Of a stretch of 64,000 bases of DNA, positions 23,330 to 34,080 are shown one piece after another (within the stretch, counting starts at the first letter, position 1; each line of letters opens with the position of its first letter). Source of the DNA: an uncultured Gemmatimonadaceae bacterium. Its GTDB lineage: Bacteria > Gemmatimonadota > Gemmatimonadetes > Gemmatimonadales > Gemmatimonadaceae. The notes below the pieces were generated by a model. That model saw only the letters and a list, made by a program, of their open reading frames with translations, ran no database searches and had not been told where the DNA came from. The stretch covers positions 2,272,001-2,336,000 of the forward strand of contig OY970320.1 in the NCBI GenBank assembly GCA_963716745.1, read 5' to 3'. Both the position numbers and the translations under genes were made by a program.

Positions 23330-23715
23330 CCGCGCCGCGCGTGCGGCCGCTCACGCGCATCCGCAAGCTCGCGCTCGCGCTGCCCGAGGCGCACGAGGTG
23401 AAAGCTTGGGGCGAGCCGACCTTCCGCGTGAAGAACAAACTCTTCGCGATGTTCGCGAGCGCCGGCAATCATCACGGCGGCGGCCGGCCCGCCGCGTGGA
23501 TCAAGGCCGCGGCCGTGAACCAAGGATTCCTTATCGCGGCGTCGCCCAAACGATTCTTCAAGCCGCCCTACGTCGGCCCGAGCGGATGGGTGGGCGTTTG
23601 GCTCGACGGCAACGTCCCATGGCGTGAAGTGGACGGCTTACTCCGCGACGGCTACCGTATGACGGCGCCAAAGAAACTGCTCGCGCTGCTCGATCCTCCG
23701 GAGGACGATGAGTGA
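23326..23715 (+). CDS. MmcQ/YjbR family protein
   Basis: WGEPTFRVKNKLFAM, FFKPPYVGPSGWVGV. Confidence 0.88.
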   Translation: MTAPRVRPLTRIRKLALALPEAHEVKAWGEPTFRVKNKLFAMFASAGNHHGGGRPAAWIKAAAVNQGFLIAASPKRFFKPPYVGPSGWVGVWLDGNVPWREVDGLLRDGYRMTAPKKLLALLDPPEDDE

Positions 23716-25355
23716 AACGACCGCACCCGCGCTGACCGCCGCCGAGATCCGCCGCGTCATCTTCGCGTCATCGCTTGGCACGGTATTCGAGTGGTACGAT
23801 TTCTACCTCTACGGATCGCTCGCGGCGATCATCAGCCGCCAATTCTTCTCCGCGGTGAATCCCACCGCCGCGTTCATCTTCGCGCTGCTCGCCTTCGCCG
23901 CCGGATTCGCCGTGCGGCCGTTCGGCGCGCTCGTCTTCGGACGCGTCGGCGATCTCGTGGGCCGGAAGTACACCTTCCTGCTCACGATCATGATCATGGG
24001 ATCGGCCACGTTCATCGTGGGCGTCCTGCCGTCGTACGCGAAGATCGGCATCCTCGCGCCGGTCGCCCTCGTAGCGCTGCGACTGCTGCAGGGCCTCGCG
24101 CTGGGCGGCGAGTACGGCGGCGCGGCGACGTATGTTGCCGAATATGCGCCGGCGGGGAAGCGCGGCGCGTACACGTCGTGGATCCAGACCACGGCCACGC
24201 TCGGACTGTTCCTGTCGCTGCTCGTGATCCTCGGCTGTCGCATTGCGCTCGGCACCGAGGCGTTCGAGGCGTGGGGATGGCGCATCCCATTCCTCGTTTC
24301 GCTCATACTGCTGGGCATCTCCGTCTGGATAAGGCTCAAGCTGCACGAGAGTCCGTTGTTCGAGCGCATGAAAGCGCAGGGGAAGGGCAGCAAGGCGCCG
24401 CTCACCGATTCGTTCGCGCGCTGGGGGAATCTGCGCATCGTGCTGCATCGCGCTCTTCGGGCTCACCGCGGGGCAGGCGGTGGTGTGGTACACGGGGCAG
24501 TTCTATACCCTGTTCTTCCTCACGCAAACGCTGAAGGTGGACGCGCAGACCGCGAACATTCTCGTCGCACTCTCGCTGCTCCTGGGGACGCCGTTCTTCC
24601 TCGTATTCGGCGCGATGTCCGACCGGATCGGCCGGAAGCCGGTGATCATGGCGGGCTGCGCGCTCGCGGCGCTCACATATTTCCCGATCTTCAAGGCGAT
24701 CACGCACTACGCGAATCCGGCACTCGCCGAGGCGCAGGCCGTAGCGCCGGTGACCGTGCTCGCGGATCCGACGGGGTGTTCGGTGCAGTTCAATCCAGTG
24801 GGCACGTCGAAGTTCACATCGCCATGTGACGTGGCGAAGGCGGCCTTGGTTCGGCACGGCGTTCCGTACACGAATGAGACCGCCTCGAGCGGCGCGAGCA
24901 TTCACGTGGGCGAGACCGTGATCGACTCATACGATGCGAAGGCGCCCGACGCGAAGGATCGTGCCACGGCGTTCGAGAAATCCCTCGGCGACGCGCTCGG
25001 CGCCGCGAAGTATCCGGCGAAGGCGGACGGTGCATCGATGAACAAGCCGATGGTCGTGTTCCTGCTCTGGATCCTCGTGATCTACGTGACGCTGGTGTAC
25101 GGTCCGATCGCCGCGATGCTCGTGGAGATGTTCCCGACGCGTATTCGCTACACGTCCATGTCGCTGCCGTATCACATCGGGAACGGGTGGTTCGGCGGGT
25201 TCCTGCCGACCACCGCGTTCGCGATCGTCGCGGCCACGGGGAATATCTATTCGGGGTTGTGGTATCCCGTGGGCATCGCGACGCTCACGCTCGTGGTGGG
25301 GATGATCTTTGTGAAGGAGACGAAGGACGTGGACATCACAGCGGACGCGCGATAG
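23708..25355 (+). CDS. MFS transporter, metabolite:H+ symporter family; frameshift near 24447
   Basis: [40 protein letters not shown]. Confidence 0.93.
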
Positions 25356-25906
25356 TGGGCGACTCCATAACCACCGTCCAATTCTCCCTCGACCGCGGCG
25401 AGCGCCAACTCTGGGCTGGCGTGCCGCGGCAGGGCCTTACGCTCGGGCCGAACGATCTCGTCGTCGTCCCGTTCAGCTTGCTGTGGGGCGGATTCGCGAT
25501 CTTCTGGGAGTGGGGAGTGTTCCATTCCGGCGCGCCCTTCTTCTTTCGGCTCTGGGGGGTGCCGTTCGTCCTGCTGGGCCTTTACATGATCGTTGGGCGC
25601 TTCTTCTACGATTCGTATCGCCGAGCGCGCACGACGTACGCCGTCACGTCCGATCGCATCATCATCCAGAGCGGCGCCGGCTCCCTGAAGTCCATCCCGA
25701 TCCGCACGCTAGGCGAAGTCACGCTGAGAGAAAGCGCGGATGGATCCGGCACGATCGCATTCGGCCCACTGCCCACCGGAATGAAGCTCGCATTGCCACT
25801 CACGAGGCCCGGCACGGAGAGCATCCCAATGTTCGAGATGATCCCCAACGCGCGCGCGGTCTACGACATCATCCGCGACGCTCAGCGCGCGCCGGCCAGC
25901 GGCTGA
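25355..25906 (+). CDS. Two-TM membrane protein with probable bacterial PH domain
   Basis: [10 protein letters not shown], two TMs, [19 protein letters not shown]. Confidence 0.7.
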   Translation: MGDSITTVQFSLDRGERQLWAGVPRQGLTLGPNDLVVVPFSLLWGGFAIFWEWGVFHSGAPFFFRLWGVPFVLLGLYMIVGRFFYDSYRRARTTYAVTSDRIIIQSGAGSLKSIPIRTLGEVTLRESADGSGTIAFGPLPTGMKLALPLTRPGTESIPMFEMIPNARAVYDIIRDAQRAPASG

Positions 25907-25926
25907 TTCCTTAAGCGAGAGGCGCA

Positions 25927-26616
25927 ATGCGACAAGTAGAGCTGCATTACTCCCAACGCATCGGCTGGCTCCGCGCCGCGGTACTCGGCGCCGACGATGG
26001 CATCGTCTCCACGGCGAGTCTCATCCTCGGCGTCGCGGCCGCGGGCGCGCCGACCAGTGGCGTGCTCATCGCCGGCGTCGCCGGCCTCGCCGCGGGCTCG
26101 ATGTCCATGGCCGCCGGAGAGTACGTGTCCGTCAGCTCTCAGTCGGATACTGAGAATGCGGATCTCGCACGCGAGAAGAAGGAATTGAAGGAACACAATG
26201 CCGCCGAGCACCGGGAACTGGCGGAGATCTACGAGAAACGCGGCCTCGATCCCACACTCGCGAGACAAGTTGCGCAGCAGCTCATGGCGCACGATGCGCT
26301 CGGCGCGCACGCGCGCGATGAGCTCGGCATCACCGAGATCCATCGCGCGCGCCCTGTGCAAGCGGCGCTCGCCTCCGCGGCGTCGTTCGCCGTTGGCGCC
26401 GCGCTGCCTCTCGTCATGGTGCTCGTCGCGCCTCGCACGATGCTCACCGCACTCGTGGTCGCCGTCTCGCTGATCTGCCTCGGCAGCCTCGGCGCGATCG
26501 CCTCACGCGCCGGCGGGGCGAAGGCATGGGTCGGCGCGCTGCGGGTGACCTTCTGGGGCGCGCTCGCAATGGGGATCACCTATGGGGTGGGCGTGTTGTT
26601 CAAGGTGAACGTCTAG
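25927..26616 (+). CDS. VIT1/CCC1 Fe/Mn transporter
   Basis: LRAAVLGADDGIVS, SMAAGEYVSVSSQ, HARDELG. Confidence 0.95.
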   Translation: MRQVELHYSQRIGWLRAAVLGADDGIVSTASLILGVAAAGAPTSGVLIAGVAGLAAGSMSMAAGEYVSVSSQSDTENADLAREKKELKEHNAAEHRELAEIYEKRGLDPTLARQVAQQLMAHDALGAHARDELGITEIHRARPVQAALASAASFAVGAALPLVMVLVAPRTMLTALVVAVSLICLGSLGAIASRAGGAKAWVGALRVTFWGALAMGITYGVGVLFKVNV

Positions 26617-26621
26617 CTGGC

Positions 26622-27083
26622 ATGGACCTACTTATCCGGCGTGCCATCGCCGAGGATTCCCTCGCGCTCACCGCGCTCGCGCGCCGCAGCAAGGCGGACT
26701 GGGGCTACCCGCCGGAGTGGCTCAAACTCTGGGAGCCCGATCTCACGATCAGCGCCGAATACATCAAGGAGAATCGTGTCTACGTCGCGACCGTGGACGG
26801 CAAGCTCGCCGGCATGATCGCGGTGGAGGATCGCACGTTGTCGTGGACGCTCGAGCATGTGTGGGTGGAACCCGGGCAGCAGGGGATGGGCGTCGGCACC
26901 GCGCTCGTGCGGCACGCGCTCGCCGAGATCCGCGCGGTGCGCCATGGTATGGTGCAGGTCGCGTCCGATCCGCACGCCACCGGATTCTATGTCGCACTCG
27001 GCGCCGTCGCGGCAGGGAACGCGCCGGCGCCAATGCCTAACGCGCCGGGCCGGACGTTGCCATTGTTCAAGTTCACCGTATGA
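26622..27083 (+). CDS. GNAT N-acetyltransferase
   Basis: SKADWGY, WVEPGQQGMGVG, SDPHATGFY. Confidence 0.9.
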   Translation: MDLLIRRAIAEDSLALTALARRSKADWGYPPEWLKLWEPDLTISAEYIKENRVYVATVDGKLAGMIAVEDRTLSWTLEHVWVEPGQQGMGVGTALVRHALAEIRAVRHGMVQVASDPHATGFYVALGAVAAGNAPAPMPNAPGRTLPLFKFTV

Positions 27084-27104
27084 GCGACCCCGAGGGAGGA
27101 ACCC

Positions 27105-27497
27105 ATGGCGACAGCTGATCTCTCCGAAGCGACCGTCGGCCAACTGATGATCCCGGTGACGGACCTCGACGACGCCGTCGCATTCTATCGCGATGTGCTC
27201 GGCCTGAAATTCCTCTTCGCCGCGCCGCCGCAGATGAGCTTCTGGCAGACGGGCAACGTGCGCCTGCTCGTCGCCGTGCCCGAGGGCGGGGAGAAAGCGA
27301 ATCGCGGCTCGATGATCTATTTCAGAGTCGCGGACATCCACGCCGTGCATAAGACCCTCGCCGGCCGCGGCGTGAAATTCTTCACCGAGCCGCACCTCGT
27401 GCACCGTACGCCCACGAGCGAACTGTGGCTCACCGAGTTCCGCGATCCCGACGGCAATCAGCTCGCGCTCATGAGCGAAGTGGCGGTGAAGGCGTAG
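27105..27497 (+). CDS. VOC/glyoxalase family protein
   Basis: VTDLDDAVAFYRDVLG, FRDPDGNQLAL. Confidence 0.92.
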   Translation: MATADLSEATVGQLMIPVTDLDDAVAFYRDVLGLKFLFAAPPQMSFWQTGNVRLLVAVPEGGEKANRGSMIYFRVADIHAVHKTLAGRGVKFFTEPHLVHRTPTSELWLTEFRDPDGNQLALMSEVAVKA

Positions 27498-27498
27498 C

Positions 27499-27813
27499 AT
27501 GATCGAACGCAGCTGGCACGGCCGCGTGCCCGCCGCGAAGGGCGACGCGTATCACGCCTATCTCATGCGCAGCGGCGTGCCCGCGCTCGCCTCGACACGC
27601 GGCAATCTCGGCGTCGCGGTGCTGCGCCGCCTCGAAGGCGATGTCGAGCATTTCATCGTGTCGTCCCAATGGGATTCGCTCGAGTCGATCAAGCGCTTCG
27701 CCGGCGAAGACTACCTTCGCGCCCGCTACTTCCCCGAGGACGACGAATACCTCCTCGAGCGCGAACCCAACGTCACGCACTACGATCTCTTCCTCATCGC
27801 CCCCGCGCCGTAA
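27499..27813 (+). CDS. Antibiotic biosynthesis monooxygenase-like protein
   Basis: MIERSWHG..WDSLESIKRFAGED..YFPED. Confidence 0.8.
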   Translation: MIERSWHGRVPAAKGDAYHAYLMRSGVPALASTRGNLGVAVLRRLEGDVEHFIVSSQWDSLESIKRFAGEDYLRARYFPEDDEYLLEREPNVTHYDLFLIAPAP

Positions 27814-27911
27814 CTAACCGGCCTCGCTCGCCCTTTCATTAGGATTGTCTTAGGTTGCGTGGCGCTGTCGAGCAGGTCTGCGCGCAGGTCGAACGAATCA
27901 GGGGGTGTAGT

Positions 27912-29540
27912 ATGGTACGAATTCTCCGTTCCACCGCGGCGGCTGCCGCCATGCTCGTCGCCGGCGTCATGCCGGCCATCGGGCAGGCCACGGCCAAGAA
28001 GCCCAACATCGTCGTCATCATGGCGGACGACATCGGCTGGTTCAACATCGGCGCCTACAATCGGGGGATCATGGCGGGCAAGACGCCCAACCTCGATCAG
28101 ATGGCCGCCGAAGGGATGCTCTTCACCGACTACTACGCCGAGGCCAGCTGCACGGCCGGACGCGCGAACTTCATCACCGGTGAACTGCCGATCCGCACGG
28201 GGCTCACGACGGTGGGCCAGGCCGGCTCGCTGATCGGGATCCCGGCCGAAGCGGTCACGATCGCGCAGGTGCTCAAGTCGATGGGCTACGCCACCGGCCA
28301 GTTCGGCAAGAACCACCTGGGGGATCACAACAATTTCCTCCCCTGCGTGCACGGCTTCGACGAGTTCTTCGGCTACCTCTATCACTTGGACGCGATGGAG
28401 GATCCCGACCACAAGAATTATCCGCAGAACCTTCGCGCCACGGTCGGCCCGCGGAACATGGTGTCGTGCGTGGGCGACCGCGAAGAACGACGCCACGGTG
28501 CAGCCGCGCTGGGGCGAGATCGGCATGCAAACGATCAAGGATGAGGGACCGCTGCCGCCGCTCCGTATGGAGACGGTGGACGACGAGATCCTCGCACGCG
28601 CGATCACGTTCCTCGACAAGTCGAAGAAGGACAAGAAGCCGTTCTTCCTTGTGGCTGAATCCCACGCGCATGCACGTGATGACGCATCTCGCGCCCGAAG
28701 TACAACAACATGCGAAATGCGGAGAACGGCTGGTCGATCCAGGAAGCCGGCATGTTCCAGCTCGACGAGATCGTCGGCAGCGTGATGAAGAAACTCAAGG
28801 ACATGGGCGTGGACGACAATACGATCGTCGTCTTCACCACGGACAACGGCGCCGAGAACTTCACCTGGCCCGACGGCGGCCAGACGCCGTTCGCCGGCGG
28901 CAAGGGCACGGTGCTCGAGGGCGGCTTCCGCGTGCCGGCGATCGCGCGCTTGCCCGGCAAGATCCGGCCGGACACAGTGCAGAACGGCATTTTCTCGGGA
29001 CTCGACTGGTTCCCGACGTTCATCGCGATGGCCGGCAACGACAAGATCTCCGATCAAGCTGAAAGCCGGCGTTCAGATCGGCGACATGAAGTACAAAGTG
29101 CATCTCGACGGCTACAATCAGACGGATGCTGCTCATGGGCAAGGGCCCGTCGGCGCGGCACGAGGTGTTCTATTTCGCCGAGGGCACGCTCGGCGCGCTC
29201 CGGCTCGATGACTACAAGTACCGCTTCATCGACCAGCCGCAGCGGCTGGCTCGGCGGCACGATCAAGCCCGATTGGCCCATTCTCGTGAACCTGCGTCTC
29301 GATCCCTTCGAGCGCACCGGATTGCCGAGCGGGGCGCAGGGCTCGCTCGCGTTCTACAATTGGTATGCATACGAGTTCTGGCGGTTCGTGTACGCGACCA
29401 ACGAGATCGGCGCGTACGCGCAGACGTTCCTGGAATACCCGCCGATGCAGAAGGGCGCGAGCTTCAACTCTCCGCGCTCAAGGCGGAACTCGAAGCGAAG
29501 ATGGCGGCGATGGCGAGGCAGGCGAGTAGGTATATTGATC
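27912..29540 (+). CDS. Arylsulfatase (Cys-type); several frameshifts, end approximate
   Basis: [46 protein letters not shown]. Confidence 0.9.
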
Positions 29541-29547
29541 AGCAGCG

Positions 29548-29581
29548 ACGGCCCCGCGCAGATCATTGCGCGGGGCCGTTT
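29548..29581 (+). terminator. Probable intrinsic terminator
   Basis: 13-bp stem ACGGCCCCGCGCA/TGCGCGGGGCCGT, 6-nt loop, short T tail. Confidence 0.55.
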
Positions 29582-29607
29582 CCATCTCATTACATTCATG
29601 GACGCCT

Positions 29608-29844
29608 ATGATCACACTGCGCGATAAGGACAACGGTCAGCTCATCGGCTCCGTGACCGACGAGGAATTCCAGGTGCTCGTGGACGCGCTCGAGGAGGAA
29701 TCGGAGGAAGACACCGATTATTACATCGAGGCCGGCACGATCGACATGCTGGAGGACGACGGCGCGCCGGAGAGTCTCGTGAAGCTGCTGCGGGATGCGC
29801 TGGGGACGAGGGATGGAGTGGAAATATCCTGGACGAGGGCGTGA
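29608..29844 (+). CDS. Small acidic conserved hypothetical protein
   Basis: [27 protein letters not shown]; typical codon use. Confidence 0.75.
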   Translation: MITLRDKDNGQLIGSVTDEEFQVLVDALEEESEEDTDYYIEAGTIDMLEDDGAPESLVKLLRDALGTRDGVEISWTRA

Positions 29845-29886
29845 ATGGTCGATAGGCAGTCGTTGGTCATACGAGTTTAGAACTAC

Positions 29887-29913
29887 AACTAATCGCGCGG
29901 TGAAGATGTCCAA
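29887..29913 (+). promoter_or_regulatory. ECF-type promoter motif AAC-N17-TGTCCAA
   Basis: 25 nt before the permease ATG. Confidence 0.65.
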
Positions 29914-29938
29914 CCGGGGTCGACCACCCGGGAGTGCC

Positions 29939-32366
29939 ATGCTCGCGACACTTCTCCAAGACGCCCGTTACGCCCTTCGCGGCCTCCTCGCGCGGCGTGG
30001 CTTCAGTGCCATCATCGTCGCGACGCTTGCGCTCGGCATCGGCGCCAATGCGGCGATATTCTCGGTCGTGAATGCGGTCCTCATCCGGCCGCTCCCGTAT
30101 CGCGAGCCGGAACGGATCCTCACGCTGCAGCACGACGATCCATACTGGAACGTGTCGGAGCCCGAGTTCAAGGACTATGCCACGAGCGTGCCGGCGTTCT
30201 CGCGCGTGGCCGCGCTCACCGGCGGGTCGGGCACCCTCCAAATAGGCGACCAGCCCACGAAGGTCTCGGCCGCACGCGTGTCCGACGGGTTCTTCCAGAT
30301 CCTTGGCGTGACGCCGGCGCTGGGTCGCATTTTCGCTCCCGAGGAAGACCGCCCGACTGCGCCGCGCGTCGTGATCCTCAGTCACGCGCTCTGGGCGACG
30401 GCCATGGGCTCCGATCCCGCGGTGATCGGCAAGGAGCTCATTCTGAACGGCATCCCGCGCACGATCGTGGGCGTCATGCCATCGGATTTCGACTATCCGT
30501 CGCACGACGTCGCGATCTGGACGCCGCTCCGGCTCAATCCCGACAGTCTCTGGACGCGCAACAATCACTACCTCACGCTTCTCGCGCAGCTGCGCCCGGG
30601 CGTTGCGCGCGAACAGGCGCTCGCGCAATTGGTGGCGCTCGACCATCGGTGGATGACGGACTATCCCGGCATCTACCAGGCGGCGCATCCGATCGTGCCC
30701 GTGCTCGCACCGGTGCGCGAGAAGTTCGTCGGCGAATCGCGGCCGTATCTCATCGCGCTCATCGGCGCGGTGGGTTTCGTGCTCCTCGTCGCGTGCGTGA
30801 ACGTCGCGAACCTTCTGCTCGCGCGCGGCGAATCGCGCCGGCGCGAACTCGCCATTCGCGCCGCACTCGGCGCGTCGCGCCAGCGGCTCATCACGCAGGC
30901 GCTCACCGAGAGCGGGATGCTCGCGCTGGCGGGTGGCGGGCTCGGGCTCATCATCGCGGCGGTGAGCCAGCGCGCCTTGATCGCGCTCGCGCCGCCGCAG
31001 ATCCCGCGCCTCGAGAGCGCGCACGTTGACGGCGTCGTGCTTGGTGTTCACGCTCGCGGTCTCGCTGCTCACCGGCCTCGTGTTCGGTGTACTCCCCGCG
31101 CAGCGTGCCGCGGGCGGCGATCCGGCCGGCGCGCTGAAGGATGGCGGGAAGTCGCCGGCACAGCACGGTAGCACGCGATTCGCGCGGCGCGCGCTCGTGG
31201 TGTCGGAAGTGGCGCTCGCGGTGATGATGCTCATTGGCAGTGGGCTGATGCTGCGCAGCCTGTGGTCACTGCAAGCCACCGACCTGGGCTTCGACAAGGT
31301 GAGCGCGCTCACCGCGAAAATCTCACTGCCAGCGCAGTCGTACACGCCCGCGCGCCGAGTGCGCTTCTACGATGATCTCGTGGCGCGCCTCCGCGCCGCG
31401 CCCGGCGTGAAGCAGGTCGCGATGATGAACTGGACTCCGATCGTGGACGGCGAGGATGGCTGGTCCATCATGGTGGATGGCCGCGTGATCAAGAACATCG
31501 GCGACTCGCCTACCATCACGCCGCAGCAGGTGACGCCCGGTTATTTCCCGGCGATGGGCATCGGGCTCGTGAGCGGCCGCGTGTTCGACGAGCGCGACCG
31601 CATGGGCGCGCCGTACGTGTGCGTCGTGAACGAGACGCTCGCCAAGACACTCTGGCCCGGCGAGAACGCATTAGGTCACACGATCAAGATGTTTGACTCC
31701 GTCGCGCCGTGGGTGACCGTGGTGGGCGTGGTGAGAGACATCCGTTCGACGGGAGTGCAGGACAAGATCCCGCCCGTGGCGTTCTTCCCGTACGCACAGG
31801 CGGAGAGCAGCGCGTATTACACGCCCGCGAACATGACCGTGCTGGCGCGCACGAGCGGCGATCCGATCGCCCTCGCGGGCGTCGTGCGGCAGGCCGTGCA
31901 CGAGCTCGACGTGACTGTGCCCGTGAGTGATGTGCGCACGCTCGACGACGCCGTGGGTTCGGCATTCGCGGGGCGGCGTTTCAGCACGTTGCTTCTCGCG
32001 GGCTTTGCGGCCTTGGCGTTGGTACTGACCGGTATCGGGATCTACGGCGTGATCTCGTACGGCGTGTCGCAGCGCACGTATGAGATCGGATTGCGCATGG
32101 CGATGGGCGCGGGGGCCGGGTCGGTGCTGAGGCTGGTGATCTCCGAGGGCGTGAGGCTGGCGCTGATCGGACTTGGCATCGGCCTCGCCGGCGGCGTCGC
32201 GATCTCCATCGTGGCGCGCAGTTTGCTCGTGGGCGTGACCGCGTTCGATGCGCCAACGATCCTCTTGGTGTCGGCGGTGCTGCTGGCGGTCGCGGCGCTG
32301 GCGTCCTTCGTGCCGGCGAGGAGGGCGGTCGCGGTGAGCCCGACGGAGGCACTGCGGGGAGGTTGA
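29939..32366 (+). CDS. ADOP-type ABC permease; frameshift near 31040
   Basis: [39 protein letters not shown]. Confidence 0.92.
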
Positions 32367-32446
32367 GGGCGGAGTGGGGAGTTCCTGCTGGACCAGCCTC
32401 GTCGTAAGTTGGTCGCATCGGCAGCCAATATCCCGACACGCAGTCC

Positions 32447-33205
32447 GTGAGGCACCCAGTGAGCGGCAAGGTTGTGATCATCACCGGCGCGAGCAGCGGC
32501 ATCGGCGCCACGCTCGGCGAACTCCTCGCAAAGCGGGGCGACTCGCTGGTCCTCGTCGCCCGTCGCGCCGACGCGCTCAAGGCCGTCGTCGATCGCTGCG
32601 GCCCCAACGCCCTCGCCATCGTCGCCGATGTCACTCGTCGCGAGGACGTGAAGCGCATGATCGCCGAATCCATCGCGCGGTTCGGCCATGTCGACGTCCT
32701 CGTGAACAATGTGGGGCAGGGGATCACCCGCCCGCCGTCGGAACTCACGGACGACGACATCGACGACATGATGCGAGCCAATGTGAAGTCCGCCATCTAT
32801 GGTATGCAGGAGATTCTGCCGCATTTCAAATCGCGCGGCACGGGCCACGTGATCAACATCTCCTCAATGCTCGGCCGCATGCCGCTCGCGATGTTCCGGT
32901 CGGCGTACATTGGCGCGAAGCATTTTCTGAATGCGATCACCGCCACGTTCCGCGAAGAAGTGCAGGCGACGCATCCGAACATCCAGTTCTCACTCGTGTC
33001 GCCGCCGGTGGTATACACGGAATTCGGCGTGCACGCGAAGCACGGCGGCCCCGATTCGCGGCAACTCGCCGGCGGGCAGGATGTGGGCGATGCCGCCGCC
33101 GTGATCGCCGATGTGATCGTATCGCGGCGGCCGGATGTGTATACGCGCGCTGGGTCCAAGGCCGCGGTGAGCGCCTATTTCGAGAGAGTTGGCGAGGACC
33201 CGTGA
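32447..33205 (+). CDS. Short-chain dehydrogenase/reductase
   Basis: TGASSGIG, NNVG, YIGAK. Confidence 0.93.
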   Translation: MRHPVSGKVVIITGASSGIGATLGELLAKRGDSLVLVARRADALKAVVDRCGPNALAIVADVTRREDVKRMIAESIARFGHVDVLVNNVGQGITRPPSELTDDDIDDMMRANVKSAIYGMQEILPHFKSRGTGHVINISSMLGRMPLAMFRSAYIGAKHFLNAITATFREEVQATHPNIQFSLVSPPVVYTEFGVHAKHGGPDSRQLAGGQDVGDAAAVIADVIVSRRPDVYTRAGSKAAVSAYFERVGEDP

Positions 33206-33253
33206 TGCGCGGGCGAACCGAACGCACGTAACCCAAGCCGGAGAGTTGAGTCA

Positions 33254-33790
33254 ATGCCACAACGCGTGCCAAGACCGCTGCAATGGTTCCTCACGCTCGC
33301 CGTGCTCGGTACGAGCCTTCGACTGTGGGCGGGGATCAGGGCGCCCGTGCTCAATGTGAGCGACAAAGGTCAGCTTTGGGCCGCGTTGGGCATGGGAGTG
33401 GTCGTGGCATTCGCCGCCCGATATTTCACTCGAGGGCGAGATCTGGGAATGGGCAATGCGCCCCCCTTCGTCGCCTCCATGATCGTGGCACTGATGGGAT
33501 TCTCGCTCGGCGCGCTGCTCGGCTCGGGACTCTATCTCACGGGCAACGCGGTGTTCGACGGTACGCCGGTGAAGTGGACAGTATTCACCGTTGAGGGCCA
33601 TCCGCGCGCGCGAAATGGGAGTCAGCTCGAGTTGCGCGAATATTCCGCCGAAGGATCGGTGCACGAGGTTTGGATCGCGGATACGAGGGCAACGGCGAAT
33701 CTATCGATCGGGGATAAGGTGGAAGTGCCTGTGAAGCCCGGGGCGTTCGGGACGGCTTGGATCGACGGGGAAGCGCGAACGGCGAAATAG
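33254..33790 (+). CDS. Hypothetical membrane protein
   Basis: Three hydrophobic segments followed by a soluble tail. Confidence 0.6.
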   Translation: MPQRVPRPLQWFLTLAVLGTSLRLWAGIRAPVLNVSDKGQLWAALGMGVVVAFAARYFTRGRDLGMGNAPPFVASMIVALMGFSLGALLGSGLYLTGNAVFDGTPVKWTVFTVEGHPRARNGSQLELREYSAEGSVHEVWIADTRATANLSIGDKVEVPVKPGAFGTAWIDGEARTAK

Positions 33791-33808
33791 GCCGCCAGGG
33801 CGCTTAAG

Positions 33809-33990
33809 GTTGCAGAGAACAGTAAACAGTCACGAGTACCTGCCAGTCGACAGTCAACAGCTCATAGGTCACAGAGAACGGATCAGCTTTGGGAGAGATC
33901 TCTCTCCCATTCGTGATCCGCTTTCTGTGACCTGTTGACTGTTGACTGTCGACTGGCAGTCACTCGTGACTGTTTTCTGTTGACTGCAAC
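33809..33990. repeat. Long heptamer-built palindromic element, copy 1
   Basis: GTTGCAG..CACGAGT..GCCAGTCGACAGTCAACAG..centre..CTGTTGACTGTCGACTGGC..ACTCGTG..CTGCAAC. Confidence 0.95.
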
Positions 33991-34080
33991 CCTCATTTCC
34001 TGGTGGCAAAGCAGTCCCCGCCTTGCCATCTCCCACGCACAGGGCCAACATAAATAAGCCCCGCCCCATGGGAGATCTCC

